Shown: positions 39,317 through 49,407, counted from the first letter of the stretch. The stretch: 64,000 nucleotides of DNA from Gemmatimonadota bacterium (GCA_039588275.1 JBDHAC010000001.1:32001-96000), one strand, 5' to 3'. Program-made: numbers and translations. Notes: generated from the letters alone by a model not told the origin.

Positions 39317-39838
39317 TCAGACGCAGTCTTCTGTCTCGGTCTGCTCGACGAACTCGAGCTCTGCGACGGGGCGCGGCACCGTGACCGCCGTCGCGGGAGC
39401 CGTGAAAGCCTGGATCGTGATGCAGCCGGCGCCTGGCGAGGTCTCCACCACGACCACCCGGAGACGATCTCGCGTGCGCGTGACGTCTTTTATCCGAATG
39501 GCGTAGCCCCCGGTGGGCTTCCGCCCCATCGTCGCCGCGATGACGACGTGGCTGTCGAAGTCCACGGATGGAGCGTCGGGTGTCGGAGCGATGTTGGCGT
39601 GGAGCTCTGCCCAAAAGTCGGTCCATTGCTCCGGCTCGTCGATCAGGAGCCGCCGCCGATCCGGGATCCCGCTCATGAAGCTGCGCACCTCCTCGACGGG
39701 GTCGAAAGCGACGGGCTCGCCCTCCGCCCGGACCTCCTGCGGCTCCTCGGGCTGCTCGACTCCGTTCGCGCTCACGCAGCCGCCCCCTCCCAGACAGACG
39801 ACCAGCAAACAAAGAACCGGTCCACGCATCCTCTGCAT
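39317..39838 (-). CDS. PrcB C-terminal-like (protease complex subunit) lipoprotein
   Basis: P.VDF...VVIAA.MG.KPTGGY.I.I and PG.GC...QA.T.P motifs; lipobox-like GGGC. Confidence 0.72.
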   Translation of the reverse strand: MQRMRGPVLCLLVVCLGGGGCVSANGVEQPEEPQEVRAEGEPVAFDPVEEVRSFMSGIPDRRRLLIDEPEQWTDFWAELHANIAPTPDAPSVDFDSHVVIAATMGRKPTGGYAIRIKDVTRTRDRLRVVVVETSPGAGCITIQAFTAPATAVTVPRPVAELEFVEQTETEDCV

Positions 39839-40054
39839 TGTGACCTCCCAGAGACCTCCCAAGGTACCGCGCATGCTACCCTCGTTCCGGCTGCAGGAGC
39901 CGCGGCGTGCCCCGATACATCGGTTCCACCAATACATCGGCTCCGCCAAGCGTGCAGGGGGAGGCCGCCCTTGCCACCTCCCCCTGACTGTCGCGAGCCG
40001 CCGGTCGCCCGGCGCTCGTCCGTACGGTTGCGGCGGTCGTGCTACAGGCAGCCG

Positions 40055-41476
40055 CTAGTTGACCGTCTTGTCCACGTTTATGCGGCCTTTGCCGTAATAC
40101 GGATCGTTGCCCTTCTTGCCGAGGTCGTCGGCACCTTGCTGAATCTTCGTCTTGACCCGTCCGGGACGGCGGCCGACGTCCTCGACCACGAGCGCGGCGA
40201 GGCCGGAGACGTGAGGAGCGGCCTGCGATGTGCCGGCGACGCCCAGAATGAAGATACCGGTCTGGCAGTCCGGGATGAGGAGGCTGGACGTGGAGCACGC
40301 GCTCCAGACCAAGCTCCACGGGAAGGAAGCGCCGGTTCCGCCAGGCGCGGCCACGTTGATGGCGGAGTTCCCGAAGTTGGTGTAGGAAGCCGGCGCGTCC
40401 ACATTCGTCCACGGACCGTTCACGCTGGCGGCGGCCGTCGGCCCCGTCGCCGATACGCAGATGACAGCCGGCGTGTCGCAGTAGGTCGCGTACTCGTTGC
40501 CGTTGTGGTCCAGATCGGCGGCGTCGTTGCCGGCCGAGACAACGATCGTCATGCCCTGGTTCTTGGCGTAGTTGAAGGTGCGGTTGATGAAGCCGACGAG
40601 CCCTTTGCTCCCCGCCTTGGTGAACGCTCCGCCGAGGCTCATGTTGGCCACATCGGCCCCGTTGTCCGCCGCGTGCAGTATGCCCGCGATGACGGCGCCG
40701 AACGGGCAGGTGCCCAACACGCTACAGACCTTGACGCCCATGAGCGTCGTCTGCGTCGTGACCCCCGCGAGGATGTCGGAGTTGCTGGAAGCGATCATCG
40801 CGACGTGTGTACCGTGGAAGTGAAGATCCGTCACGGGGTGCCGAGCCGGGAAGAAGAGGCCCACCAGGAAGTCGTCGAACGGCACGAAGGACACCGAGCG
40901 CGACAGATCCACGTGGCTGGCCAAGTCCGGGTACAGATAGTCGATGCCGGTGTCCAGGATGGCGATCGTGACGCCCGGGGAGCCCAGACGCCCCCTCGCC
41001 CACGCCATGTCGGCCTCGATGGCGCGCATGTTCCACTGCCTTGCGTAGCGGGAGGCGGTGGTCGGATCGTCCGGGCTGGCGATCGCGTCGGCGGACTCGA
41101 TCGTGCTCTCATCGAACAGCGGATCCAGCTCGAAGATGGCATCCTGCTGGATGGCCTTCACGCTCTTGAGCGCGCCGAGCTCTGCCGCCGTCTCGGGCGT
41201 CATCCCCCCCACCCAGGCGATGCCGATGTCGTGCTGAAACAACACGGTTCCACCGAGAGCCTCAACCTGCTCAGCGAAGTCGACCGCCCTGCCCTTCAGC
41301 TCCACGAGGTACTGATCGCTGACGTCGAGCCCGTCGCTCGACTGTACCGAGAACGACGGGGCCGGAACGTCCGCCGGAGCGTCTACCGGACCGGTTGGGA
41401 TCTTGTCGCCCTGGCAGGCCGCCGACACCAGCCCGACGGAAACGCCCAGGAACGCAAGAAGTCGTCTCAAGCGCAT
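40055..41476 (-). CDS. S8 subtilisin-like serine protease, lipoprotein
   Basis: ILDTG, HGTHVA, SAGN, GTSQAAPHV; lipobox SAAC; GAGGAGG SD. Confidence 0.92.
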   Translation of the reverse strand: MRLRRLLAFLGVSVGLVSAACQGDKIPTGPVDAPADVPAPSFSVQSSDGLDVSDQYLVELKGRAVDFAEQVEALGGTVLFQHDIGIAWVGGMTPETAAELGALKSVKAIQQDAIFELDPLFDESTIESADAIASPDDPTTASRYARQWNMRAIEADMAWARGRLGSPGVTIAILDTGIDYLYPDLASHVDLSRSVSFVPFDDFLVGLFFPARHPVTDLHFHGTHVAMIASSNSDILAGVTTQTTLMGVKVCSVLGTCPFGAVIAGILHAADNGADVANMSLGGAFTKAGSKGLVGFINRTFNYAKNQGMTIVVSAGNDAADLDHNGNEYATYCDTPAVICVSATGPTAAASVNGPWTNVDAPASYTNFGNSAINVAAPGGTGASFPWSLVWSACSTSSLLIPDCQTGIFILGVAGTSQAAPHVSGLAALVVEDVGRRPGRVKTKIQQGADDLGKKGNDPYYGKGRINVDKTVN

Positions 41477-41846
41477 ACTACCTCCTCGATGCTTGGGTGA
41501 TAGCGGGGCATACCGCGCCCGCGCTCTGAAACTCCTTGATATGGTGCTCAGGACTGCTGGACATTCGCAGCGGTGGTTGACGGAACAGCGGTGGTTGACT
41601 AACGGCCTCTTCGTCCAGATAACCGGCCAGTCGTACCCCCTGTGACAAGAGTACCCTTGGCGGGGAGTCCCCACGGCGCAAGAATGGCGCAGACACAACA
41701 AACGGTGTGGTTACACCTCAACAGACTCCCGGCGGAAATGCAGGACGGAAGGCTCGTCCCTCCAGTGCGCGTTCGTGAACGTGGGTCTCGCCCGATGGAG
41801 CATGACTGCGGTGAGTGCCATGGCGGTTGTCCGTGGCGATGGAAGA

Positions 41847-42629
41847 GTGAACGCTAGAGCCTTGGCCCACAGCGTACAGAATATCAATTCATCCCGGTCG
41901 CTTCGGGTCCGATCCCGCACCGTCCTGCTCCTCAGCACGTGCATCACTTCATGTGCACCGGGCGTCGACGACGACAGGGCGGCAGGAAACGGGCGATCCG
42001 CGGGGATCGCGTCGGCTGATTCGCTCCTACTCCGGCCGGAGAATCCAGTCTGGCGGGAGGCCGCTCCCGACTCTTTCAACGTCGCGTTCCAGACCAGCCG
42101 GGGTCTTTTCCTGGTCGAGGTGCGACGGAGCTGGGCGCCCGTAGGGGCGGACCGCTTCTACAACCTCGTGCGACACGGCTTCTTCGACGATTCGCGCTTC
42201 TATCGGGTGGTGGAAGGCTTCATCGTGCAGTTCGGCTTGCCCGGCGACCCCGAGGTCACGGCAGTCTGGCTGGAGCGAACCATCGAGGACGACCCCGCTC
42301 GGGAGAGCAACCTGAAGGGTCGAATCGCGTACGCGATGACCGGACCCGACACCCGCGCGACGCAGGTCTACATCAACCTCATCGACAACGTTCGTCTGGA
42401 TACGGCGGGGTTCGCCCCGTTTGGTCAGGTCATCAAGGGGATGGAGGTCGTGGACGCTCTGTACGCCGGCTACGGCGAGAACGCCGGTGGAGGGATGAGA
42501 CGCGGCGAGCAGGGCCGGATCATCGCGGAGGGGAACGCCCATCTGGACCGAGATTTTCCGCTGCTCGACCGAATTGTCTCGGCTCGGATCGTCCCTTTCC
42601 CCTGGCCGATCTTCTGGACGATTCGATAA
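41847..42629 (+). CDS. Cyclophilin-type peptidyl-prolyl isomerase, probable lipoprotein
   Basis: WAPVGADRFYNLV, FYRVVEGFIVQFG, FAPFGQV..GMEVVD; start uncertain. Confidence 0.87.
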   Translation: MNARALAHSVQNINSSRSLRVRSRTVLLLSTCITSCAPGVDDDRAAGNGRSAGIASADSLLLRPENPVWREAAPDSFNVAFQTSRGLFLVEVRRSWAPVGADRFYNLVRHGFFDDSRFYRVVEGFIVQFGLPGDPEVTAVWLERTIEDDPARESNLKGRIAYAMTGPDTRATQVYINLIDNVRLDTAGFAPFGQVIKGMEVVDALYAGYGENAGGGMRRGEQGRIIAEGNAHLDRDFPLLDRIVSARIVPFPWPIFWTIR

Positions 42630-42652
42630 TGACCGAGAGTTCTCCCGATCAT
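42599..42652 (-). pseudogene. N-terminal remnant of a Ser/Thr protein kinase gene
   Basis: MIGRTLGHYRIVQKIGQG matches the usual start of bacterial Hanks kinases and breaks off within the Gly-rich loop. Confidence 0.6.
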
Positions 42653-42936
42653 TTCAATGCCCCACCGGAGTTGGCCACCCAGCCTCGACCAGCAGCATTG
42701 CGGCACCTGGTGACGAGTTTTACCGTGAAATCCTAGCTCTACGGTGATCTTGACCGTAGCCGCCAGGGGCCCCCGATGTGCGAGGGATCGACTGTGGCGG
42801 CAAAGAAATATCGTTCTGGTTCTTGCGCCGATTGGCCCAGCCTACCGCTGCGACCCCTCAGGATCTCTCCATGCCGTTCACCACTAGCTCCTGGCGATAA
42901 CCAGGGACGGGCACCACCCGCCCAGGGAGGTCTGCT

Positions 42937-44154
42937 ATGTCAGGAAGAGCAGCCGCGTGGCTCGGGCTGCTGCTGACGGCAGGCACAGTCGGAGGCCTAG
43001 CACAAGCACCTGAGGACGGCCCTCCGACCCGTCGCTTCGACCGCCAGGCAGCACCACTTACGTCATCCGCCCTATCGAGCTCGATCGCCGCCGGATCCGC
43101 AGCTTCGTTACTTCGGCCCGGCGACCCGACGATCGTGATCGCCACTGGCTTCGTCGCCCCCTGCAGGATGGCGGCAGGTCCCCAGGGAGACCTGTTCGTC
43201 ACCGACCAGGGCACCATCTACGGCGTCACGCTGGACGGCACGGTGAGCGTGTTTGTTACGGTCCCAGACGCCCGCGGTAACGACTTCGATGCGTTCGGCC
43301 ACTTGCTGGTGCCATCCCCAGCCAACGGGACCGTGTACCGTGTGTCACCCACCGGTGAGGTGACCCCTTTCCTGACCGTGTTCAATCCGCGCCGAGCCAG
43401 GACAGGACCGGACGGAAGCATCTGGATCGCAACCATCGACTCGCTTCACCACTTCGACGCCGTGGGCCGCTATCTGGAGAGCTTTGACGTAATGAGTCAG
43501 GGCGGCGCGGCGTTCGGGCTCAGGTTCTCGCCCTCGGGTGAGCTCTACTTCACGAGCTGGGCTGGGTATTGGAAGCTCGAGAATGGCGCCGTCGTACCCG
43601 TGCTGACCGGCCTCACGCCGCGGCAGGGGGCGCCCAACTTCGACGAGCTCGGCAACAGCTACCGGATTTTCGAGGCCGTTGGGGTGGGCGATACCGACCG
43701 CGTGATCCTGGCCGACTCCGATTTCGCGACGGTGGACGACACACTCGTCAGTCAGATCCAGGCTCCGTGCTCCGCCGCATTCGCACGTGACGCTGCGGGC
43801 GATATGACGAACCGGTTCTTCGTGGGCCAGAGAGACGGCACCCTCGTCGAAGTGAACTCCGCTGCGATCGCTGCACCGGGCTGGCCGACGGTCGGTCTGG
43901 AGATCGATCGGCTGGACGAGGATGATTGCGCGGGCACGGTCGTGGGCATGACCGGTCTCATCACGGCGGACCAGAGCCACTTCTTGGATGTGATCGGCAA
44001 CAACAACGGTTCCTATGATGTAGGTGATTTTCGGGCCTATCTGATCGCAACCGGCATCACGGAGAGTTCCTCAGCGACCGGTCCGCGCGACATGCCTCCG
44101 CTCGCGAGCCAGCCGGGGCCTGCCGGGCCCGGGGAAAGGAGGGTACGACGATGA
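42937..44154 (+). CDS. Exported beta-propeller (NHL/SMP-30-like) protein with C-terminal Ca-loop-like motif
   Basis: Signal peptide, propeller-type repeats, C-terminal LDVIGNNNGSYDVGDFRAYL; GGAGG SD. Confidence 0.68.
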   Translation: MSGRAAAWLGLLLTAGTVGGLAQAPEDGPPTRRFDRQAAPLTSSALSSSIAAGSAASLLRPGDPTIVIATGFVAPCRMAAGPQGDLFVTDQGTIYGVTLDGTVSVFVTVPDARGNDFDAFGHLLVPSPANGTVYRVSPTGEVTPFLTVFNPRRARTGPDGSIWIATIDSLHHFDAVGRYLESFDVMSQGGAAFGLRFSPSGELYFTSWAGYWKLENGAVVPVLTGLTPRQGAPNFDELGNSYRIFEAVGVGDTDRVILADSDFATVDDTLVSQIQAPCSAAFARDAAGDMTNRFFVGQRDGTLVEVNSAAIAAPGWPTVGLEIDRLDEDDCAGTVVGMTGLITADQSHFLDVIGNNNGSYDVGDFRAYLIATGITESSSATGPRDMPPLASQPGPAGPGERRVRR

Positions 44155-44570
44155 CGCGGTGCCGACGGCGAACGCTGGTCGCGATAGCCGCCGCGCTGAC
44201 CCTCGCCATCGCGTGTGGTGACGATGGCCCCGGCGGACCCACGGGCCCGATCTCCGGAACCCTGGCCCTCAACCTGACGACGCCGAACGCGGACGATGCC
44301 GCCCTCGTGCTCCGGCTCACCGGACCCGGCATCACACAGGTGTCGGCCTCGGATCCAAGCACCTACCTGTATTCGAGTCAGGACGGGGCCACCCTCACGG
44401 CCGTGATCGTGGGAGACTTGCAGAACGGGTCTGTGCTCAGGTTTCGGGTGCCCGACGTGAACGCGGTGTCCTCACATAGCGGTACCGTGCTCGAGGTGGC
44501 TGACGAAGCCAACGCGCTGCGCGGATCCCTCGCAGGCTATGGACTCTCGGTAACGGCGGGTTCCGAGTAG
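44151..44570 (+). CDS. Small beta-rich lipoprotein
   Basis: Lipobox AIAC; ATGA overlap with the upstream gene. Confidence 0.75.
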   Translation: MTRCRRRTLVAIAAALTLAIACGDDGPGGPTGPISGTLALNLTTPNADDAALVLRLTGPGITQVSASDPSTYLYSSQDGATLTAVIVGDLQNGSVLRFRVPDVNAVSSHSGTVLEVADEANALRGSLAGYGLSVTAGSE

Positions 44571-44776
44571 GCACATGCCCGGCGGGCGACCACGAGTGGA
44601 AGATCCTCGTCGCCCGCCCGCCGGATTCACCGAGCCCAAGTGCGGCCAGCGCTCAGCGCGCCGAGACACCGCACTCGACGCACGGGCGCGCACGCGCCAG
44701 ACTCCATCCTGCGCAGACCGAAGGCGGCCGTCACCGACGGCCGCCCCCATACGCAACATCGGTGAGAAGAGAGTCG

Positions 44777-46117
44777 ATGCCTCGTCGCCGGATGCGTCTC
44801 CCACGCCCGCTCGCCGATGCGATTCGGGGCGCTCCGGGGCCGCGGACCAGCGGCCGGTTCCCGGCCAGGTTCTGCGCGCGGCCCGCCGTGTGGAACCTCT
44901 TCATCGTCGTGCTCACGAGTTGCCGGGCCGGTGACTCCCCCGTGGACCGCCCCTCCGCCGGCGCCTCGGTCGCGCGGGACAGCGCGGGCGTCGCGATCGT
45001 CGAAAGCCGTGGACCGAGGTGGACAGCGGCCACCGCCTGGGTGATCGGCGCGGATCCGGTCCTCGACATCGGGGCGGCAGACGGATCCGCGGAATTCCAG
45101 TTTGACGGGATAGAAGGGTTACTGAGGCTCGAGGACGGCGGGCTCGTGGTGGCCGATGCAGGATCGGGCGAGCTGCGCTTCTACGATCCTGCGGGTCGCT
45201 TCTCGAAAAAGACCGGAGGCCGTGGTTCCGGCCCCGGCGAGTTTCAACGGATCATCACCCTCGGCCGGGGTCCGGGTGACTCGCTGTGGGTCTACGACTT
45301 CGGCGCGCGGCGGTTCACGATCCTCACGCCGGAGGGCGAGACCGCGCGGACGGTCCGGGTTCCCGACGCGCTCGCCAACGTCGGCGCCGTGGGTCGCACC
45401 CCGGACGGCTCCTTCGTGCTTCAGGAGTACTGGTCCTCACGCCCGCACGACGAGTCTCCGGCATCGGAGCTCGTGCGCGAGGACGCGGCGATCGCCACGA
45501 TGTCACCGACGGGCGACGATATGGACACCCTGGGCGTGTTCCCGGGACGTGAGATCGTGATATGGAGCGAGAACGGCCGGGCCGTGATGAGCACGCCCCT
45601 GTTCGCTCACTCGACGAGCGTAGCGTTGGTCGGGGGCTCGGTGTTCATCGGAGACCAGAGCCGGTTCGAGATCGGCGAATACGCTCTGGACGGGCGACTG
45701 CTGCGTATCGTTCGCCTGCCAGAGGTTTCCCTGGCCCTGTCGGGGTCCGAAGTCGAGCGGGCGTTGGCGAGTGAGCTGGCCACACAGCCGGAGAGCGAGC
45801 GCGCGATGTGGCGAGCGCACTTCGAGCGCATGGCCGTGCCCGAGACACGTCCGGCGTACTCGCGCCTGCTGGGCGATCCGGAAGGAAACCTCTGGGTTGG
45901 GGCGTACGCGCGTGATCCGAGAGACGTGGCTTCGTGGACGGTGTTTGATGCGAGCGGCGCATGGCTCGGAGGTGTGGACATGCCCGACCGGTTCCGGGTC
46001 CTGGAGATCGGGTCGAGCTGGGTGCTCGGCAGGTGGCTGGACGACCTGGATGTGGAGCACGTGCGCCTTCACGAGCTTCACAAGCCGGCCGCCCAGCGCA
46101 GGGTGACGAATGAGTGA
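44777..46117 (+). CDS. 6-bladed beta-propeller lipoprotein
   Basis: RDSAGVAIV, GGRGSGPGEF, GDSLWVYD motifs; start uncertain. Confidence 0.78.
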   Translation: MPRRRMRLPRPLADAIRGAPGPRTSGRFPARFCARPAVWNLFIVVLTSCRAGDSPVDRPSAGASVARDSAGVAIVESRGPRWTAATAWVIGADPVLDIGAADGSAEFQFDGIEGLLRLEDGGLVVADAGSGELRFYDPAGRFSKKTGGRGSGPGEFQRIITLGRGPGDSLWVYDFGARRFTILTPEGETARTVRVPDALANVGAVGRTPDGSFVLQEYWSSRPHDESPASELVREDAAIATMSPTGDDMDTLGVFPGREIVIWSENGRAVMSTPLFAHSTSVALVGGSVFIGDQSRFEIGEYALDGRLLRIVRLPEVSLALSGSEVERALASELATQPESERAMWRAHFERMAVPETRPAYSRLLGDPEGNLWVGAYARDPRDVASWTVFDASGAWLGGVDMPDRFRVLEIGSSWVLGRWLDDLDVEHVRLHELHKPAAQRRVTNE

Positions 46118-47441
46118 GGCACGGCGTACGCGAGCTTCTTCCGCCACCGCGGCTTCTACGGTCCCTACGGTCTCTACCGTCTCTGCGGTCTCTACGGTCT
46201 CTACGGTCCCTGCGGTCTCCGTCGTTTCCGCGGCGCTCCTGTCCGCATGCGTTCTGGCATGCGGGGACGAGGCCCGGACCGGCACCGACGTCACGGTGCA
46301 CGACAGCGCGGGGATCCGGATCGTCAGCAACGGTCCCCTCCCGCCCGACCGCTGGGTCTGGACGGTGACCCCCACGCCGTCGCTGCAGCTCGGCACGCTG
46401 GATGGCGAGCCCGAATACCAGTTCTTCCGCATCACCGACGCTCACCGATTCGAGGATGGCCGGATCGTCGTCGCCAACAGGGGAACTCACGAGTTGCGCT
46501 TCTTCGACGCGGACGGCGAGCACTATCGCTCGGTGGGTGGCGAGGGAGACGGACCGGGGGAGTTTCAGGACCTGCGGCTCGTCCGAGAGCTTGCGGGGGA
46601 TTCACTCCTCACCTTCGACCAACGCCAGCGGCGCATCTCCGTGTTCGACTCGACCGGCGCGTTCTCACGCTCCTTGACGCCACAGGGCCTCGATTTCTAC
46701 CAGGTCCTGGGCGCGCTCGGGGACGGTACCCTCCTGATCCAGGAGTTCAACCTGATTACTCCCGACGAGATCGCTGAAGGCAGCGAGCGCCGGGATGCGA
46801 GCTTCCGTCTGGCGGATCGCGTGGGCACCACGATCGAGACGATCGGTCCGTATCCCGGCCAGGAGATGCACATCATCCCCCGCGAGAGTCGCATGATCAC
46901 GGTCAACGCCGTTCCGTTTGGTCGGGGGGCGTACGCCGCCGTGGCGGGCGACCGCATCTTGGCAGGGACCAACGACGCCTACAGCCTGGACGTGTACGGC
47001 CAGGACGGCACTCTGGAGAGCATCGTTCGGCTTGCCCACGACCCCGACCCGGTCCGCCCGGGCGACTTCGATTTCCTCCGAGACGAGGCCCTGGCCGGGA
47101 TCGACTCCGACCAATTCCGACAGATGGAGCGCGAGTCTTGGGACGCCATGCCGCATCACGAGACGTTCCCCGCTTTCGAGTCTTTCACGGGCGACGCCGC
47201 CGGCCACTTCTGGGTCCGCGACTACCTCCCGCCCGACGATGAGCGCAGCATCTGGACGGTGTTCGACTCGGAGGGGACGGCACTCGGGAAGGTCGAGACA
47301 CCCGTGGACCTGAGGGTGCTGGAGATCGGCGAGGACTACATCCTCGGGGTCCTGCGGGATGAGTTGGATGTGGAATGGCTTCAGTTGTACGCGCTGAACA
47401 AGCCGGAGCCCCTCGAAACGCGGAGTTCCGGATCAAAGTGA
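46110..47441 (+). CDS. 6-bladed beta-propeller lipoprotein (paralog of the upstream gene)
   Basis: Lipobox VLAC, HDSAGIRIV, GGEGDGPGEF, GDSLLTFD. Confidence 0.82.
   Translation: MSEARRTRASSATAASTVPTVSTVSAVSTVSTVPAVSVVSAALLSACVLACGDEARTGTDVTVHDSAGIRIVSNGPLPPDRWVWTVTPTPSLQLGTLDGEPEYQFFRITDAHRFEDGRIVVANRGTHELRFFDADGEHYRSVGGEGDGPGEFQDLRLVRELAGDSLLTFDQRQRRISVFDSTGAFSRSLTPQGLDFYQVLGALGDGTLLIQEFNLITPDEIAEGSERRDASFRLADRVGTTIETIGPYPGQEMHIIPRESRMITVNAVPFGRGAYAAVAGDRILAGTNDAYSLDVYGQDGTLESIVRLAHDPDPVRPGDFDFLRDEALAGIDSDQFRQMERESWDAMPHHETFPAFESFTGDAAGHFWVRDYLPPDDERSIWTVFDSEGTALGKVETPVDLRVLEIGEDYILGVLRDELDVEWLQLYALNKPEPLETRSSGSK
46155..46217 (+). repeat. 9-bp coding tandem repeat, 7 copies (S/P-T/A-V)
   Basis: Consensus TCTACGGTC within the signal region of 46110..47441. 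Confidence 0.88.
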
Positions 47442-47506
47442 TCTCCCGAGGCGGCTGGTTCCGGGAAGAACGGCCAGGTCCGGGAAGGAAGAAGGAGATA
47501 CCGCTG

Positions 47507-49387
47507 ATGGGCACCGTTGACTCCGCTCGATACTCGAACGCTCGGCATCGCCTCGTGTGGGTCGTCGGTCTGACGACGACCGCCGCCTTCGGGTCGACGA
47601 CGATGCTGGCGGCGCAAGCGCCGACCCGCCCCGCGGTACCGGAAAGCCCCGTGATCTCCGCGCCATCGCCGGGCACGACCCACGGGCCAGCGGACCTGGT
47701 CTCGCACCTCCGCCTGCCGACAAGCGAGCTCGGCGACGTCGTCGGGCGCTACGCGGCCGACCGGTCCGCGCTCGGCCGCCGCTGGAACGTCCCCTACTCC
47801 TCCGCCCGCCGGGGTCGCTTCCGGGCCTTCCACGAGGAGTGGCGAGAGAGCCTGGACGAGATCGAGTTCGACGGTCTCGGCCTCGAGGGAAGGATCGACT
47901 ACGTCCTGCTCGACAACGAGCTCCGCTACCGGCTCGAGCTCCTCGAACGCGAGGATCGGCTGCACGCCGAGATGCAGACGTTGATCCCGTTCATGGGCAC
48001 GATCGTGGACCTCAACGAGAGGCGGAGGGCCCGCGAGCCCGTGGATGCGCGGGGTGCCGCGAAGAGCCTGGCCGCACTTCCCGGCCGGATCGACGAGACG
48101 AGGACGGGTATCGAGGCGACCCTGGAGAGCGAATCGGAGGACGCGAGCCCCGTGTCCAGGATCGTCGCGCTGCGCGCCGTCAGGGCGCTGGACGGCCTGA
48201 CGCGAGGGTTGAAGGACTGGTACGAGCACTACGCGGGGTACGACCCGATCTTCACCTGGTGGAACAAGGACCCCTACGCACGAGCCGACGAGGTCCTGAA
48301 GGCGTACGCGAAGTTCCTGCGCGAAAAGGTCGTCGGACACCGCGAGGGCGAGGACGAGCCAATCGTCGGCGACCCCATCGGTGCAGACGGGATGCGAGCC
48401 GATCTGATCCACGAGATGATCCCGTACACGCCCGAGGAGTTGATCGCGATCGCCGAAAAGGAGTTCGCGTGGTGCGAAGCGCGCATGCTCGAAGCGTCAC
48501 GCGATCTGGGTTTCGGCGAAGATTGGAAGGCCGCGCTCGAGCACGTGAAGACGCTACACCGAGAGCCGGGAAGTCAGACTCACCTGGTCCGCGAGCTGGC
48601 CGAGGAGGCGGTGAGCTTCCTGCGCGAGCGGGACCTCGTGACGATTCCGCCGCTGGCCGAGGAGGTGTGGCGCATCGAGATGATGTCGCCGGAGCAGCAG
48701 AAGGTGTCGCCCTTCTTCCTGGGCGGGGAGATCATCCGCGTCGCCTTCCCCACCGACGAGATGGAGCATGACGACAAGCTGATGAGCATGCGGGGGAACA
48801 ACGAGCACTTCTCCCGCGCCACGGTCCACCACGAGCTGATCCCCGGACACCACCTGCAGGGGTTCATGACCAGTCGGTACAACTCGCACCGGCGAGTGTT
48901 CTCGACCCCATTCTGGGGCGAGGGCTGGGCGCTGTACTGGGAGATGCTCCTGTGGGACCTCGGCTTCCCGCAAACGCCCGAGGACCGGGTCGGGATGTTG
49001 TTCTGGCGCATGCACCGTGCGGCCAGGATCATCTTCTCGCTCAGCTTTCACCTCGGGGACATGACGCCACCGGAGGCGATCGATTTTCTGGTCGATCGTG
49101 TGGGTCACGAGCGCGCCAACGCCACCGCCGAGGTGCGCCGGTCGTTCAACGGGAGTTACTCGCCGCTCTACCAGGTGGCGTACATGATCGGCGGCCTCCA
49201 GATCCGGGCCCTGCAGGAGCAGCTCGTGGGGTCGGGGCGCATGACCAACCGGGAGTTCCACGACGCGATCCTGCAGGGCGGGCGTATGCCGATCGAGATG
49301 GTCCGGGCCAGACTGGAAGTCCAACCGCCGCCGCGCGACTTCACGTCTTCGTGGCGCTTCTACGGAGATCCGCTCGAGAACCGGTGA
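47507..49387 (+). CDS. DUF885 family protein, exported
   Basis: HHELIPGHHLQ, EGWALY.E, RAARII, YQVAYMIG; AAGGAG SD before ATG 47507. Confidence 0.88.
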   Translation: MGTVDSARYSNARHRLVWVVGLTTTAAFGSTTMLAAQAPTRPAVPESPVISAPSPGTTHGPADLVSHLRLPTSELGDVVGRYAADRSALGRRWNVPYSSARRGRFRAFHEEWRESLDEIEFDGLGLEGRIDYVLLDNELRYRLELLEREDRLHAEMQTLIPFMGTIVDLNERRRAREPVDARGAAKSLAALPGRIDETRTGIEATLESESEDASPVSRIVALRAVRALDGLTRGLKDWYEHYAGYDPIFTWWNKDPYARADEVLKAYAKFLREKVVGHREGEDEPIVGDPIGADGMRADLIHEMIPYTPEELIAIAEKEFAWCEARMLEASRDLGFGEDWKAALEHVKTLHREPGSQTHLVRELAEEAVSFLRERDLVTIPPLAEEVWRIEMMSPEQQKVSPFFLGGEIIRVAFPTDEMEHDDKLMSMRGNNEHFSRATVHHELIPGHHLQGFMTSRYNSHRRVFSTPFWGEGWALYWEMLLWDLGFPQTPEDRVGMLFWRMHRAARIIFSLSFHLGDMTPPEAIDFLVDRVGHERANATAEVRRSFNGSYSPLYQVAYMIGGLQIRALQEQLVGSGRMTNREFHDAILQGGRMPIEMVRARLEVQPPPRDFTSSWRFYGDPLENR

Positions 49388-49407
49388 CGGCGGATCCGGG
49401 TGTCGGC

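Noticed and set aside
14520..41682. Shared 12-mer CCACGGCGCAAG at 14520 and 41671
   Set aside because: Short and GC-rich, in opposite orientation relative to the downstream genes, with no flanking similarity
47468..47496. SRP RNA-like CAGGTCCGGGAAGGAAG
   Set aside because: Lacks the conserved AGCAG and the long closing helix; the gap is only 65 nt and contains the SD of the next gene
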